From Candidatus Kaiserbacteria bacterium (GTDB lineage: Bacteria; Patescibacteriota; Minisyncoccia; Phycocordibacterales; UBA918), in contig JACQKD010000004.1 in NCBI GenBank assembly GCA_016204695.1, positions 251-64,250 on the forward strand: a stretch of 64,000 nt of DNA, given 5' to 3'. Under the pieces are notes generated by a model. That model saw only the letters and a program-made list of their open reading frames with translations. It did not search any database and was not told the origin of the DNA. Shown here one piece after another: positions 1 to 8,831 of the stretch; position 1 is the stretch's first letter; every line of letters starts with the position of its first letter. The position numbers and the translations under genes were made by a program.

Positions 1-345
1 GAACTTCAGCAGTTGCTGAATGAGCGGGGTATCGCTCCGGCTTCAAGCGGAGGCGCCTCCGATGCTGTGACGGATGATGGAAGCAACGATACTCCCGCAT
101 CGTCTGGCGATACGGGGTCCGGTGAGAGTGATGTGTCGAACAACGGTGACACGGAAGAACCTGTAGGTGAGACGACTCCGGAGCCGGCGCCTGCCGAAAT
201 CGTCGTAGAGGAAGAAGCACCTCCATCGGCGGAGCCTGTTTCAGGTTCTGAAGAGGGTATCGGCGAGTCTGTCGACAGTGCCGCACCGGAAGCATCCTCA
301 AGCGAAAGTGCCGGATCCGAGAGTGGTGAATCTTCGGGTGTGTAG
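1..345 (+). CDS. 3' end of a CDS that begins upstream of the window. Acidic Ser/Gly/Glu/Pro-rich low-complexity tail, hypothetical.
   Basis: Frame 1 is open from base 1 to the stop at 343-345. Low-complexity acidic composition. No recognisable domain. Confidence 0.4.
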   Translation, partial: ELQQLLNERGIAPASSGGASDAVTDDGSNDTPASSGDTGSGESDVSNNGDTEEPVGETTPEPAPAEIVVEEEAPPSAEPVSGSEEGIGESVDSAAPEASSSESAGSESGESSGV

Positions 346-477
346 CGATCGGCGGTATGATTTTTGTGCAATACCGCTCATATAAAAGACAAAGCATGTA
401 GCGGGCGTGTGGATACGGTATATATTCGCCCGCCGCGACATATAGTAGTATGGTGGTCTATTCGTCATTGATCAGTC

Positions 478-1032
478 ATGCGTAACATACAAGACAGTGC
501 GGCGTTCGGATTTATCTTCTGTATCGTCCTGTTATCGGTGATTTCCATCTTCGGCGTGTGGGAATTTCTCGCGCGCGACGTCATCGGCAAATCCTTTTGG
601 TCCATCGGCCTGTTGGCGGCGGTGGCGGCGATCGTTATGGTTGCCGGTCGATTCATCGACAAACATCAGACTCTCACGGTGTCGCCCGGTTCAGTCGAAG
701 CGGTGGATGCGGGGGCGGTGATCAATCCTGCGTTTACCGCCATTCGGCACCTGACGCTGACCACGCTCATCGTCTTCGTGTCGCTTCTCGGCCTTGTCGG
801 CATACTCGCGATCTGGGAAATACTTGAGGGCGATACGGTGTACAAGTCGCTCGCGACGATGGGTATCGGCGCGTTCTCCTCGTTTGTCGTCGTGGTGACC
901 TGTCTTGATCGGGAAAATCACAAATGGTTGCGTCGGGAAGACGGCAAGAAGTCGGGCATGGGCTTGGGCACCATGATCTTTCTGACTCTGCTTGGCCTGT
1001 GGGTGCTGTCGTCTTTCTTGAGCTTGTTTTGA
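478..1032 (+). CDS. Hypothetical multi-pass membrane protein with an internal two-fold repeat.
   Basis: 184-aa ORF with four hydrophobic segments. The two halves are similar: '...ISIFGVWEFLARDVIGKSFWSIGLLAAV' versus '...ILAIWEILEGDTVYKSLATMGIGAFS'. Confidence 0.5.
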   Translation: MRNIQDSAAFGFIFCIVLLSVISIFGVWEFLARDVIGKSFWSIGLLAAVAAIVMVAGRFIDKHQTLTVSPGSVEAVDAGAVINPAFTAIRHLTLTTLIVFVSLLGLVGILAIWEILEGDTVYKSLATMGIGAFSSFVVVVTCLDRENHKWLRREDGKKSGMGLGTMIFLTLLGLWVLSSFLSLF

Positions 1033-1053
1033 TTGGTACGTATATAGGCGGAA

Positions 1054-2079
1054 CTATTTGTCCAGATGCTGTATGACCTCAAGGTACAGGTCTTCGACGA
1101 TTTTTGCCTGGGTCTTGCCTATGTGCGCATAGTGATCGAGACCGGGAGCGGAATTGATCTCGAGAATCCGGTAGGATCCGGGCTCCGGTTTTTTCGAGAT
1201 GTCTCCGCGGACGATCATGTCGACTCCGCAGAGCCGCAGTCCCATGTCTTTGGTGAGCCGTATCGCGAGTTGTTTGAAGCCGGGGTGGACGTTTTTTGTG
1301 ACCTCGACCGCGTCGCCTCCCGTCGAGAGATTGGCGTTATCGAGAAGAAACACTCGTTCTCCCTTGTGGGGAACGGAGTCGAAGGTGAGTTTTTGGTGTT
1401 TTAATTTCAGGGCGATGCGCGGATCGTCAGTCTTGATCCGCGTGTCGCGACTTGCGGCGACAAAGTCTTGCTCCTTTTTACGCAAGAGTTTTCCGATGCT
1501 CGACGTGCCGTCTCCCACGACATTGAGCGGGATGCGCTCATAAGCCGAGATGAGCTGTTTGTCGAGAACAACCAAACGATAGTCACTGCCGCGCACCGGC
1601 CGCTCTACGATCACGATACGGTCGCGCTTGAACACCGAGCGTACAGCCGCATAGAATTCATGTTTGGTATGGACCAACGCCACGCCCGTCCCTTGACTGC
1701 CGCTTGAAGGTTTAACGAACACGGGGAAGCCGAGCGTCTGCGCGTAGCGATAGGCGGCGTCGATATTCCGTCGGGGCGAGCCGATAGCCCGTCCCCATTC
1801 CTTTGAGAAAAATGTTTTGCTTCCCGGGACGGTGGGGTAGCCCATCGACCGCATGAAGAAATTCGCATAATCCTTGTCCTTTGCGATTTCAGAGCTTCCC
1901 ATCGGATTGAGGTCCAGTGTGTTGTACCTGAAATAGGACCGCCGGCCGCTCTTGAAGGTGATCTGGCCGACGACGCCCCATTCGGGCTCGATGAGCACGG
2001 TGGCGCCGATCCGCGGAGCAATCTTTCGCAAGATACGTCCCAGCACGAGTGACTCTTTTTTCTTCTTCGGCTTCTCCAT
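1054..2079 (-). CDS. ATP-grasp domain protein resembling the cyanophycin synthetase (CphA) N-terminal ATP-grasp half.
   Basis: Start at 'MEKPKKKK' (ATG at 2077-2079). Motifs 'VFVKPSSGSQGTGVALV', 'SDYRLVVLD..ISAYERIPLNVVGDGTSSIGKLL', 'ANLSTGGDAVEVT' and 'ILEINSAPG' match the CphA/RimK ATP-grasp pattern. There is no Mur-ligase half. Confidence 0.7.
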   Translation of the reverse strand: MEKPKKKKESLVLGRILRKIAPRIGATVLIEPEWGVVGQITFKSGRRSYFRYNTLDLNPMGSSEIAKDKDYANFFMRSMGYPTVPGSKTFFSKEWGRAIGSPRRNIDAAYRYAQTLGFPVFVKPSSGSQGTGVALVHTKHEFYAAVRSVFKRDRIVIVERPVRGSDYRLVVLDKQLISAYERIPLNVVGDGTSSIGKLLRKKEQDFVAASRDTRIKTDDPRIALKLKHQKLTFDSVPHKGERVFLLDNANLSTGGDAVEVTKNVHPGFKQLAIRLTKDMGLRLCGVDMIVRGDISKKPEPGSYRILEINSAPGLDHYAHIGKTQAKIVEDLYLEVIQHLDK

Positions 2080-2185
2080 ATTTTTATATACTGCTTTGTA
2101 GCATATTTTGTCCGTCTCATATACTTTTTCAAATTGTCCTCTTGGGACACAATCTGTTAGCATAAGGAGATATTTTTCACGGCGG

Positions 2186-2503
2186 CGTATGGGCGGCAAA
2201 ACATTCAGTGAGCGAGTGGTGGCGCTGGCGCGCAGTATTCCGAAAGGGAGGGTGACGACGTATGGGGATTTGGCCCGCGCCTGCGGAGCGGGCCCGATGG
2301 CCTCGCAAAGCATTACCGCCATTCTCGGCAAGGCGCGGCAGAAGGGCGTCAAGGATATTCCGTTTCATCGTATCGTGTATGCGGGCGGCAAAATATGGAT
2401 TGACGACGAATGCCGCGCGGCGCGTATGAAACTGTATAAAAAGGAAGGTATAACAATCGACGACCGAGACCGCGTTGTTGATTTCGACGAGATACGAATA
2501 TAA
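2186..2503 (+). CDS. Alkyltransferase-like protein (MGMT/Ogt DNA-binding domain) lacking the reactive cysteine.
   Basis: 'TYGDLARACGAGPMASQSITAILGKARQKG...IPFHRIV' has the MGMT C-terminal architecture, but the PCHRV cysteine is replaced by Phe (PFHRI). Start taken at 'MGGKTFSERVV'. Confidence 0.65.
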   Translation, partial: RMGGKTFSERVVALARSIPKGRVTTYGDLARACGAGPMASQSITAILGKARQKGVKDIPFHRIVYAGGKIWIDDECRAARMKLYKKEGITIDDRDRVVDFDEIRI

Positions 2504-2519
2504 GAGGTATACTGTCTGC

Positions 2520-4196
2520 ATGACGCAGACAGAAGCACTTGATGTGCTGAAAACCGGCGCGAACGTGTTCCTGACCGGCGAGCCGGGGGCGGGGAAGACG
2601 CATACGCTCAACGCATACATTACCTACCTGCGCGAGCACGGGATCGATGCGGCGGTCACGGCCTCGACCGGCATTGCGGCGACGCATATCGGCGGCATGA
2701 CCATTCATGCGTGGTCGGGCATCGGCATCAAGGATTCGCTTTCGCCATACGACCTTGAGCAGATTGCGACGCGTGAACGGGTCGCGAAGCGCGTTGCGCA
2801 GGCGAAAGTGCTTGTTATTGACGAGATTTCAATGCTCGATGCGCGGACATTCGGCATGGTTGACCAGGTCTTGCGGGCGGTGCGGAGAAGCCGCGAGCCG
2901 TTCGGGGGCATGCAGGTGGTGCTTGTCGGCGACTTCTTCCAACTGCCTCCCATCGGGAGAAGTACGGAAACGCAATTCGCTTTCATGTCGCCGCTCTGGC
3001 ATGAGCTTGGACTGATGAGTTGTTATCTCCATGAGCAGTATCGGCAGTCCGATGACTCGCTCACGGGTCTGCTCGGCTCTCTGCGCAATGGCACGGTGGA
3101 CGAGTCGGTCTATGACGTGCTCGAATCGTGCAAGGAGACGAGCTTTCAGGACGGTATCGAGCCGACGCGGCTCTATACACATAACGCAGACGTTGACCGT
3201 ATCAACGGCGAGCGTCTTGCGCGGCTTTCCGGCACGGCGCGGACATTTGCGATGGAATCGCGCGGCGCGCGGGCGCTTGTCGAGGGACTGAAGAAAAGCT
3301 GTCTCTCGCCGGAAACTTTGGAATTGAAAATCGGCGCGGTCGTGATATGTACGAAGAATAATTTTGATGTCGGATATGTCAACGGCACGCTCGGGCAGGT
3401 GGTGAAGTATGAAGAAAAAACGGGGTATCCGGTGATTGAGACGTTTGACGGCGAGGAGCTTGTCATTGCGCCGGCGAGCTGGTCGGTGACCGAGGGCGAC
3501 GCGGTGCTCGCTGAAGTGACGCAGGTGCCGTTGCGCCTTGCGTGGGCCATCACGGTGCATAAGAGCCAAGGTATGTCGCTCGATGCCGCCGAGATTGACC
3601 TCTCAAATGCCTTCGAGTACGGGCAGGGGTACGTCGCGCTCTCGCGCGTACGCTCGCTTTCGGGGCTTCTTTTGCGGGGATGCAATCAGCGCGCGCTTGA
3701 GGTCCATCCGCATGTTCGGAAGTACGATGGAAATTTCAAAGAACAATCCGAAGCGGCGTGTGCGGCGTTTGCCGAGATGTCCGAGAGCGAGCGGCAAAAA
3801 ATGCACGAGCAGTTCATCAAGGCGAGCGGAGGCACGCTTGAACGAAAAGAAATAGAGACGCGCCCCGCGCGCGGCGCCGATAAGACCTCGACATACGAGA
3901 AGACGCGGCTCCTTCTCGCAAGCGGCCAGACCATCGCCGACATCGCCCGCGCGCGAGGCATGAGTGCGGAGACGATCGTGGGCCACGTCTATCGTCTTGC
4001 CGAGGAGGGAAAGATAGCCGCGGGCGATATCAAGCATCTCACGTTCGAACAAGAACAGCTTGACGCAATCATGGCGATGGTCGAAAAGGTGGGAGGAACC
4101 GAGAAGCTTGCGCCCATCTACTACGGCCTAAAAGAGGCGTATTCATACAACGACATCCGCCTGCTTCTCGCAATCAATTTAATTCTCACTCGATAG
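2520..4196 (+). CDS. PIF1/RecD-family (SF1B) DNA helicase with a C-terminal helix-turn-helix-like extension.
   Basis: Walker A 'GEPGAGKTH', 'VLVIDEISML', 'VLVGDFFQLPPI', 'ICTKNNFDVGYVNGTLGQV' and 'AITVHKSQGMSLD' are the typical PIF1/RecD motif order. Confidence 0.75.
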   Translation: MTQTEALDVLKTGANVFLTGEPGAGKTHTLNAYITYLREHGIDAAVTASTGIAATHIGGMTIHAWSGIGIKDSLSPYDLEQIATRERVAKRVAQAKVLVIDEISMLDARTFGMVDQVLRAVRRSREPFGGMQVVLVGDFFQLPPIGRSTETQFAFMSPLWHELGLMSCYLHEQYRQSDDSLTGLLGSLRNGTVDESVYDVLESCKETSFQDGIEPTRLYTHNADVDRINGERLARLSGTARTFAMESRGARALVEGLKKSCLSPETLELKIGAVVICTKNNFDVGYVNGTLGQVVKYEEKTGYPVIETFDGEELVIAPASWSVTEGDAVLAEVTQVPLRLAWAITVHKSQGMSLDAAEIDLSNAFEYGQGYVALSRVRSLSGLLLRGCNQRALEVHPHVRKYDGNFKEQSEAACAAFAEMSESERQKMHEQFIKASGGTLERKEIETRPARGADKTSTYEKTRLLLASGQTIADIARARGMSAETIVGHVYRLAEEGKIAAGDIKHLTFEQEQLDAIMAMVEKVGGTEKLAPIYYGLKEAYSYNDIRLLLAINLILTR

Positions 4197-4200
4197 TCAC

Positions 4201-4755
4201 ATGGTTTTAGAAGCACATAAGACAGCAGTATTTGCGGGAGGATGCTTTTGGTGTACGGAGGCTGTTTTCAAAATGCTCAAAGGTGTGCGAAGCGTGACGC
4301 CGGGGTACGCGGGAGGCACGACGCCGGACCCGACATATGAAGAAGTTGTTGAAGGAAACACGGGCCATGCCGAATCCATACAGATAGAATATGATCCGTC
4401 GCAGATTTCATTTCGCGACCTCCTGACCGTCTTTTTCGCGACACATGACCCTACGACATTGAATCGGCAAGGGTACGATGTCGGCCCGGTGTATCGGTCC
4501 GCCATTTTCTATACGGACAAGGAGCAGAGGGAAGAAGCGGAGCGGCTTATCGACGAACTTAATCATGCAAATGAAGAAGGCGACCCGATCGTGACCGAGG
4601 TGTCGCCGCTCGAAACATTCTATCCCGCCGAAAACTACCACCGCGACTACTACGCGAAAAACAAATCCCAGCCATACTGCCAGCTTGTGATCAACCCCAA
4701 GCTCGAAAAAGTCCAGGCACAATTCGCGGAACTGTTAAAAGAGAATGAGAAATGA
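4201..4755 (+). CDS. msrA: Peptide methionine sulfoxide reductase MsrA.
   Basis: 'AVFAGGCFWCTEAVF' active-site motif at the N-terminus. Length ~184 aa. Confidence 0.9.
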   Translation: MVLEAHKTAVFAGGCFWCTEAVFKMLKGVRSVTPGYAGGTTPDPTYEEVVEGNTGHAESIQIEYDPSQISFRDLLTVFFATHDPTTLNRQGYDVGPVYRSAIFYTDKEQREEAERLIDELNHANEEGDPIVTEVSPLETFYPAENYHRDYYAKNKSQPYCQLVINPKLEKVQAQFAELLKENEK

Positions 4756-4759
4756 GTGT

Positions 4760-5356
4760 ATGGATATCTGTGTTTTCGGCGATAGCATAACTCACGGCGC
4801 AAGCGATTACAAGAAAGGAGGCTGGGTCGAGCGCCTGAAAGCTTACTGTATGGAAAAATATGCTGACGTGAGTATCTATAATCTTGGAATATCGGGTGAT
4901 ACATCGAGTGGTGTCTTGCGGAGATTTAAAGTAGAGGCAGAAGAACGAGAACCAGACATAACCATCTTTGCTGTAGGAATCAATGACTCGCGTTATGCCG
5001 AGTCGAAAGAAAAACGTCAAGTTAGTGCCGACGTCTTTGAGAAAAATCTTGCCAAACTTCTTTTTCTTTCACGCAAAATAGCGGACAAAGTCATGTTTGT
5101 TGGGTTGACGGAGGTGGATGAATCAAAGACAATGCCGATACTGTGCGATATAGAAAGGTATTACGACAACGAAAGCGTAAGGGAATATAATGGCATTATC
5201 GAAAACTGCTGTGAGAAAAATGATGTGGAGTACGTGAGCATGAAGGGAGTAGTCGTGGCGGATGATTTGGAGGACGGCTTGCATCCGAACTCTCACGGGC
5301 ATGAAAAAATGTTTCAAGCCGTATTAAAGAAGTTGGATACACACTTACACTTTTAA
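4760..5356 (+). CDS. SGNH/GDSL-family hydrolase (esterase/lipase-like).
   Basis: 'ICVFGDSITHG' GDS(L) block near the N-terminus and a 'DGLHPN' block near the C-terminus. GC content is clearly lower than in both flanks. Confidence 0.7.
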   Translation: MDICVFGDSITHGASDYKKGGWVERLKAYCMEKYADVSIYNLGISGDTSSGVLRRFKVEAEEREPDITIFAVGINDSRYAESKEKRQVSADVFEKNLAKLLFLSRKIADKVMFVGLTEVDESKTMPILCDIERYYDNESVREYNGIIENCCEKNDVEYVSMKGVVVADDLEDGLHPNSHGHEKMFQAVLKKLDTHLHF

Positions 5357-5358
5357 CT

Positions 5359-5805
5359 ATGGATTCACAAAAACATCCGCCGACTGGCGGACAAACCGAA
5401 GACACATGGAAGGAGAAGCTTTCCCCTGAAGCGTATGTAGTGCTCCGCGAGAAGGGGACCGAGATGCCCTTTTCGGGGAAGCTTCTGCAGGAGAAGCGGG
5501 ACGGCATGTACCGATGTGCGGCATGCGGCAATCCCTTGTTTCCTTCGGATGCGAAGTTCGATTCCGGTACCGGTTGGCCGAGTTTCGACAAAGCGCTTCC
5601 GGGCGCGATCAAAGAAATTTCCGATACATCCCATGGTATGGAACGAGTCGAGACAGTCTGCGCGAACTGCGGCTCGCATCTCGGGCATATCTTCGACGAT
5701 GGTCCGACCGAGACCGGCAAACGCTATTGCATGAATTCCGTCTGTCTTGATTTCAGTCAAAGTGAAATAGACGAAGTCTCCAAAAAAGACAAAAACGTGC
5801 AGTAG
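5359..5805 (+). CDS. msrB: Peptide methionine sulfoxide reductase MsrB.
   Basis: 'CAACGNPLF...GWPSF' and 'CANCGSHLGHIFDDGP' are SelR/MsrB zinc and catalytic motifs. Confidence 0.9.
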   Translation: MDSQKHPPTGGQTEDTWKEKLSPEAYVVLREKGTEMPFSGKLLQEKRDGMYRCAACGNPLFPSDAKFDSGTGWPSFDKALPGAIKEISDTSHGMERVETVCANCGSHLGHIFDDGPTETGKRYCMNSVCLDFSQSEIDEVSKKDKNVQ

Positions 5806-5849
5806 GAATCAGATAACCCCCGCGCTTTCGCAAGTACGGGGGTTAGTAG

Positions 5850-6623
5850 TTATGTGTCACCTCCTCTCCGAGGCCAAAGAAAGAAGATCACGCCCACCGG
5901 AACGGAGAGCATCCCTCCGGCAAAAAAGATTTCCAATTCGGGGCTCACCCAGTTCCAGACACTGGGTAACGACATTGTCACCCCACCGAGCACGGCGACG
6001 AGCGTCGCAGTGCCGATGCTCCCAACTTTCAACTCATGGGTCAGGAACATCGCCGCAACAGCGCTCAACATGAGCGCTCCAGCCGCAAACCACCACACGA
6101 TGTATCGCGTGGTGGTTCTATCCCCTCCAACATATTCAAAGTTGGAGAAGACAAAAAGACCGGCCCACACTGCAATTGCCAGACCCAGACAATCGCCGAT
6201 TGCTATGTTCCTCCAATTTCCTTTCATTCTCCGGAAACTCCAGAGGATGAACCGAGGCGTAATCTTGAGGAAACAAGCGATGATACCTATGTATACGATC
6301 GCGAGTAATACAGGTCCTGGACCGGGATACGCCCATGCCCAGAAGAATGGACGGTAGAATAACCATGCCCCACCAAGAAGGCTGATCCCAAAAGAGGTTG
6401 CCTCTCCCCCTGCAAACACGGCGCCGAAGAAGGTCACGAAGAAGCTAAGACTCCCCACCAGGAGCACAAAAGCAAACAAAACGCCGCTCGGCCCGCTTGG
6501 TAGGCCATGGTGAAATTCGACAAGAAATCCTGTCAATCCCCACCATATAGCGGGGACCAAACCATAACACAGGCCATTGATGACTCTTTCAAACAGACTC
6601 ACGCTTTCTTTTGTGTCCTTCAT
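5850..6623 (-). CDS. Hypothetical polytopic membrane protein.
   Basis: About seven hydrophobic helices. Start assumed at 'MKDTKESV'. No recognisable domain. Confidence 0.45.
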   Translation of the reverse strand: MKDTKESVSLFERVINGLCYGLVPAIWWGLTGFLVEFHHGLPSGPSGVLFAFVLLVGSLSFFVTFFGAVFAGGEATSFGISLLGGAWLFYRPFFWAWAYPGPGPVLLAIVYIGIIACFLKITPRFILWSFRRMKGNWRNIAIGDCLGLAIAVWAGLFVFSNFEYVGGDRTTTRYIVWWFAAGALMLSAVAAMFLTHELKVGSIGTATLVAVLGGVTMSLPSVWNWVSPELEIFFAGGMLSVPVGVIFFLWPRRGGDT

Positions 6624-6753
6624 GACATCTCCTCTTCCTGTTGGGGTTGTCAGCGACTTTTCCAGATAGGACTGTATAGAAATGTAACGCGGAGTCAACC
6701 AATATGACTGTTTTACTTTATTTTGTATTCTGAAGTAAGGATAATTTATACTT

Positions 6754-6772
6754 TAGTCACATATATTGACTA
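6754..6772. promoter_or_regulatory. Palindromic operator candidate upstream of the TrmB-family regulator gene.
   Basis: TAGTCA-catatat-TGACTA: a 6-bp perfect inverted repeat around a 7-nt AT spacer, in an AT-rich promoter region ~30 nt before the 6800 start. Confidence 0.35.
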
Positions 6773-6799
6773 CTATTATGTTTCTGCTATGCTCGCTCG

Positions 6800-7567
6800 A
6801 TGGATAACCAAGAAATAGGCAAAATCTTGCGATCGCTCAATTTGAGCGACAGCGAAACGAAAGTGTACCTCGCGTCCCTCTCGCTCGGTGAAAGTACCGC
6901 GTACGAGATCGCGAAGGTTTCGGGCCTTAAGCGGCCGACAGTGTATGTCCTGCTTGAAGGTCTCGTGGAGAAAGGTTGGATTACGTCATACAAAGGACGC
7001 GATAAGACGGTGCACAGCGCGGTGGAGCCGAAGCACGTGGTCGAACTCTGGAAAGGGAGAGTCGCGTCACTTGAAGCGATTTCCCCGGATTTGCATACAC
7101 AATACCGGCGTGCGCCCAAAACCCATCCGCAGGTGCGTGTCCTTACGGGCGAGAGCGGACTCGACACGGTGTATACTCAAATCATTACAAGTAAGGATAC
7201 CAAGGACGGGGAGATTTTGGCCTTCGGGTCGATACACGCGATCAAGTCGCGTTTCAGCCACTTGTTTCCAGTGTGGGAGAGGACGGTCAAAAACAAACGC
7301 AATCATATCAAGGAACTCATCAACAGAGAATCCGATGTGCAGGAGTATATTCGGCGGATGAAAGCATTGGGAAATCCTCATTATGAAATACGGGTCGTGG
7401 GTGGAGGCATGTTCGGAGCATGCGACAATCTCATATACCAAGACAGACTGGCGATGTTCTCGGTTGCAAAGGGAGAGGTATTCGGAACGGTCGTCGAGTC
7501 GCAAGATATTGTTCTGACCTACAAGACTCTTTTTAATGCCGCGTGGATGAAAGCGAAAAAAACATAA
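6800..7567 (+). CDS. TrmB-family transcriptional regulator (N-terminal wHTH).
   Basis: 'LSDSETKVYLASLSLGESTAYEIAKVSGLKRPTVYVLLEGLVEKGWI' is the typical TrmB N-terminal HTH. Length ~255 aa. Confidence 0.7.
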   Translation: MDNQEIGKILRSLNLSDSETKVYLASLSLGESTAYEIAKVSGLKRPTVYVLLEGLVEKGWITSYKGRDKTVHSAVEPKHVVELWKGRVASLEAISPDLHTQYRRAPKTHPQVRVLTGESGLDTVYTQIITSKDTKDGEILAFGSIHAIKSRFSHLFPVWERTVKNKRNHIKELINRESDVQEYIRRMKALGNPHYEIRVVGGGMFGACDNLIYQDRLAMFSVAKGEVFGTVVESQDIVLTYKTLFNAAWMKAKKT

Positions 7568-7573
7568 AGAACG

Positions 7574-8020
7574 ATGTGGACGTTTCGACGAAAAAGGACG
7601 CGGAGGCGAACGAGGCGGTCTGCCGGACGACAGCCGACAAAGCACTATCTCGCGCATAAAGAAACGGCGCGGGCGTTTGTGCATGAGCGGCTTGCGCTCC
7701 ACAACGCGGAGTATAGCTTTTCATACAAGCGCGTGTTCATAAAAAACCAAAAGTCATGTTGGGGAAGCTGTTCCGAAAAAGGCAATCTCAATTTTAACTA
7801 CAAGCTCCTTTTTCTCCCGCCGCATATCGCCGACTACGTCATTATCCACGAGCTCTGCCATCTTGCGGAGCTCAATCACTCGCCGAAGTTTTGGTCGCTC
7901 GTGGCGCAAGCGTGTCCGGAATACAAAGCATGTCGAAAAGTGCTCAAGACCACGACGATGCGTGGTGTATCATATGCATATGGATCCACAACAGCACGAA
8001 CAACGGCTCGCACAGCTTGA
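7574..8020 (+). CDS. YgjP/DUF45-like metal-dependent hydrolase (HExxH). Short form.
   Basis: 'YVIIHELCHLAELNHSPKFWSLV' is the WLM/SprT-like zinc-hydrolase motif of the YgjP family. The N-terminal region is shorter than typical and the C-terminal tail is unusual, so the start and end are uncertain. Confidence 0.55.
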   Translation: MWTFRRKRTRRRTRRSAGRQPTKHYLAHKETARAFVHERLALHNAEYSFSYKRVFIKNQKSCWGSCSEKGNLNFNYKLLFLPPHIADYVIIHELCHLAELNHSPKFWSLVAQACPEYKACRKVLKTTTMRGVSYAYGSTTARTTARTA

Positions 8021-8186
8021 AGCAAAGTTGGACAAAATATACGAGTCAACGGAAAAAACGAGAAAATATTTTCTCGCGGTGATTATCGTCAGTGTCGTGC
8101 TCTTCGTACTTCCGCTTCTCGGTCTTATCTTCGCAATTCCGACATTTCTCGGCGCTCTCAATACCGCAAGCGAACTCGGGATATAA
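7974..8186 (+). CDS. Small hypothetical membrane protein (coiled coil plus one TM helix).
   Basis: 71-aa ORF 'MHMDPQQHEQRLAQLEAKL...LAVIIVSVVLFVLPLLGLIF'. It overlaps the tail of the previous ORF. Weak support. Confidence 0.25.
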   Translation: MHMDPQQHEQRLAQLEAKLDKIYESTEKTRKYFLAVIIVSVVLFVLPLLGLIFAIPTFLGALNTASELGI

Positions 8187-8792
8187 ATGAACCATCTCAA
8201 TTTTAATACCGCGTACTTTTTTCGGGCGGGACAGATCATCGCGGACACCATGTATCGGTATCGCCTTTCTGCGGGCATCGCTGTGTGGCTTCTCACGGCG
8301 GCCTTGATCCTCGCCGTCGTATTCGACGCAATACCGTGGGATAGGCTTCAATCACTTGGCTACGTCGGACTGTTTTTCGTAACGCTCATCAATGGCGCGA
8401 CGATCGTTTTTGGCGGACCAAGCCAAGTCGCCACTTTCTTCGCGGGGCAAAAGTTTTCACCATTTGCGGTCGGTATCGTAGCCGGTCTCGGGACTTCGAT
8501 CGGGGAACTCTCGGGCTATGTACTTGGGTACACAAGCACCGCTTTTCTTAATACACGTTTGGGCGAGAGAGTTACGTCGCTCCAAAAGACGCGTTGGCAT
8601 CGCTTGGTTATACAGTGGACGTTTCCCGCACTTATGCTTCTTGCCCTTGTGCCGAATCCTTTTTTCGATATCGTCAGTATTGCGGCAGGAATGACAAAAT
8701 TGCCCCTAAGGAAATACTACCCGCCGGTGATTCTCGGGAAGATGTTGCGATTTGTAGCACTTGCGTATGCGGGAGCGTGGCTTTTGTCCTGA
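8187..8792 (+). CDS. DedA/VTT-domain (SNARE-associated) membrane protein.
   Basis: Multi-TM protein with the pattern 'GLFFVTLINGATIVFGGPSQVATFFAG...GTSIGELSGYVLGY', typical of the DedA/YqaA family. The real start may be the internal Met at ~8250. Confidence 0.6.
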   Translation: MNHLNFNTAYFFRAGQIIADTMYRYRLSAGIAVWLLTAALILAVVFDAIPWDRLQSLGYVGLFFVTLINGATIVFGGPSQVATFFAGQKFSPFAVGIVAGLGTSIGELSGYVLGYTSTAFLNTRLGERVTSLQKTRWHRLVIQWTFPALMLLALVPNPFFDIVSIAAGMTKLPLRKYYPPVILGKMLRFVALAYAGAWLLS

Positions 8793-8831
8793 TTGAGTAC
8801 CGATAATGCAAAGGGGTGGATACTTGAAGAT

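Noticed and set aside
2829-4052. Multiple minus-strand ORFs of 150-246 aa.
   Set aside because: They are antisense to the PIF1-like helicase gene. Arg/Pro-rich composition indicates spurious GC-rich frames.
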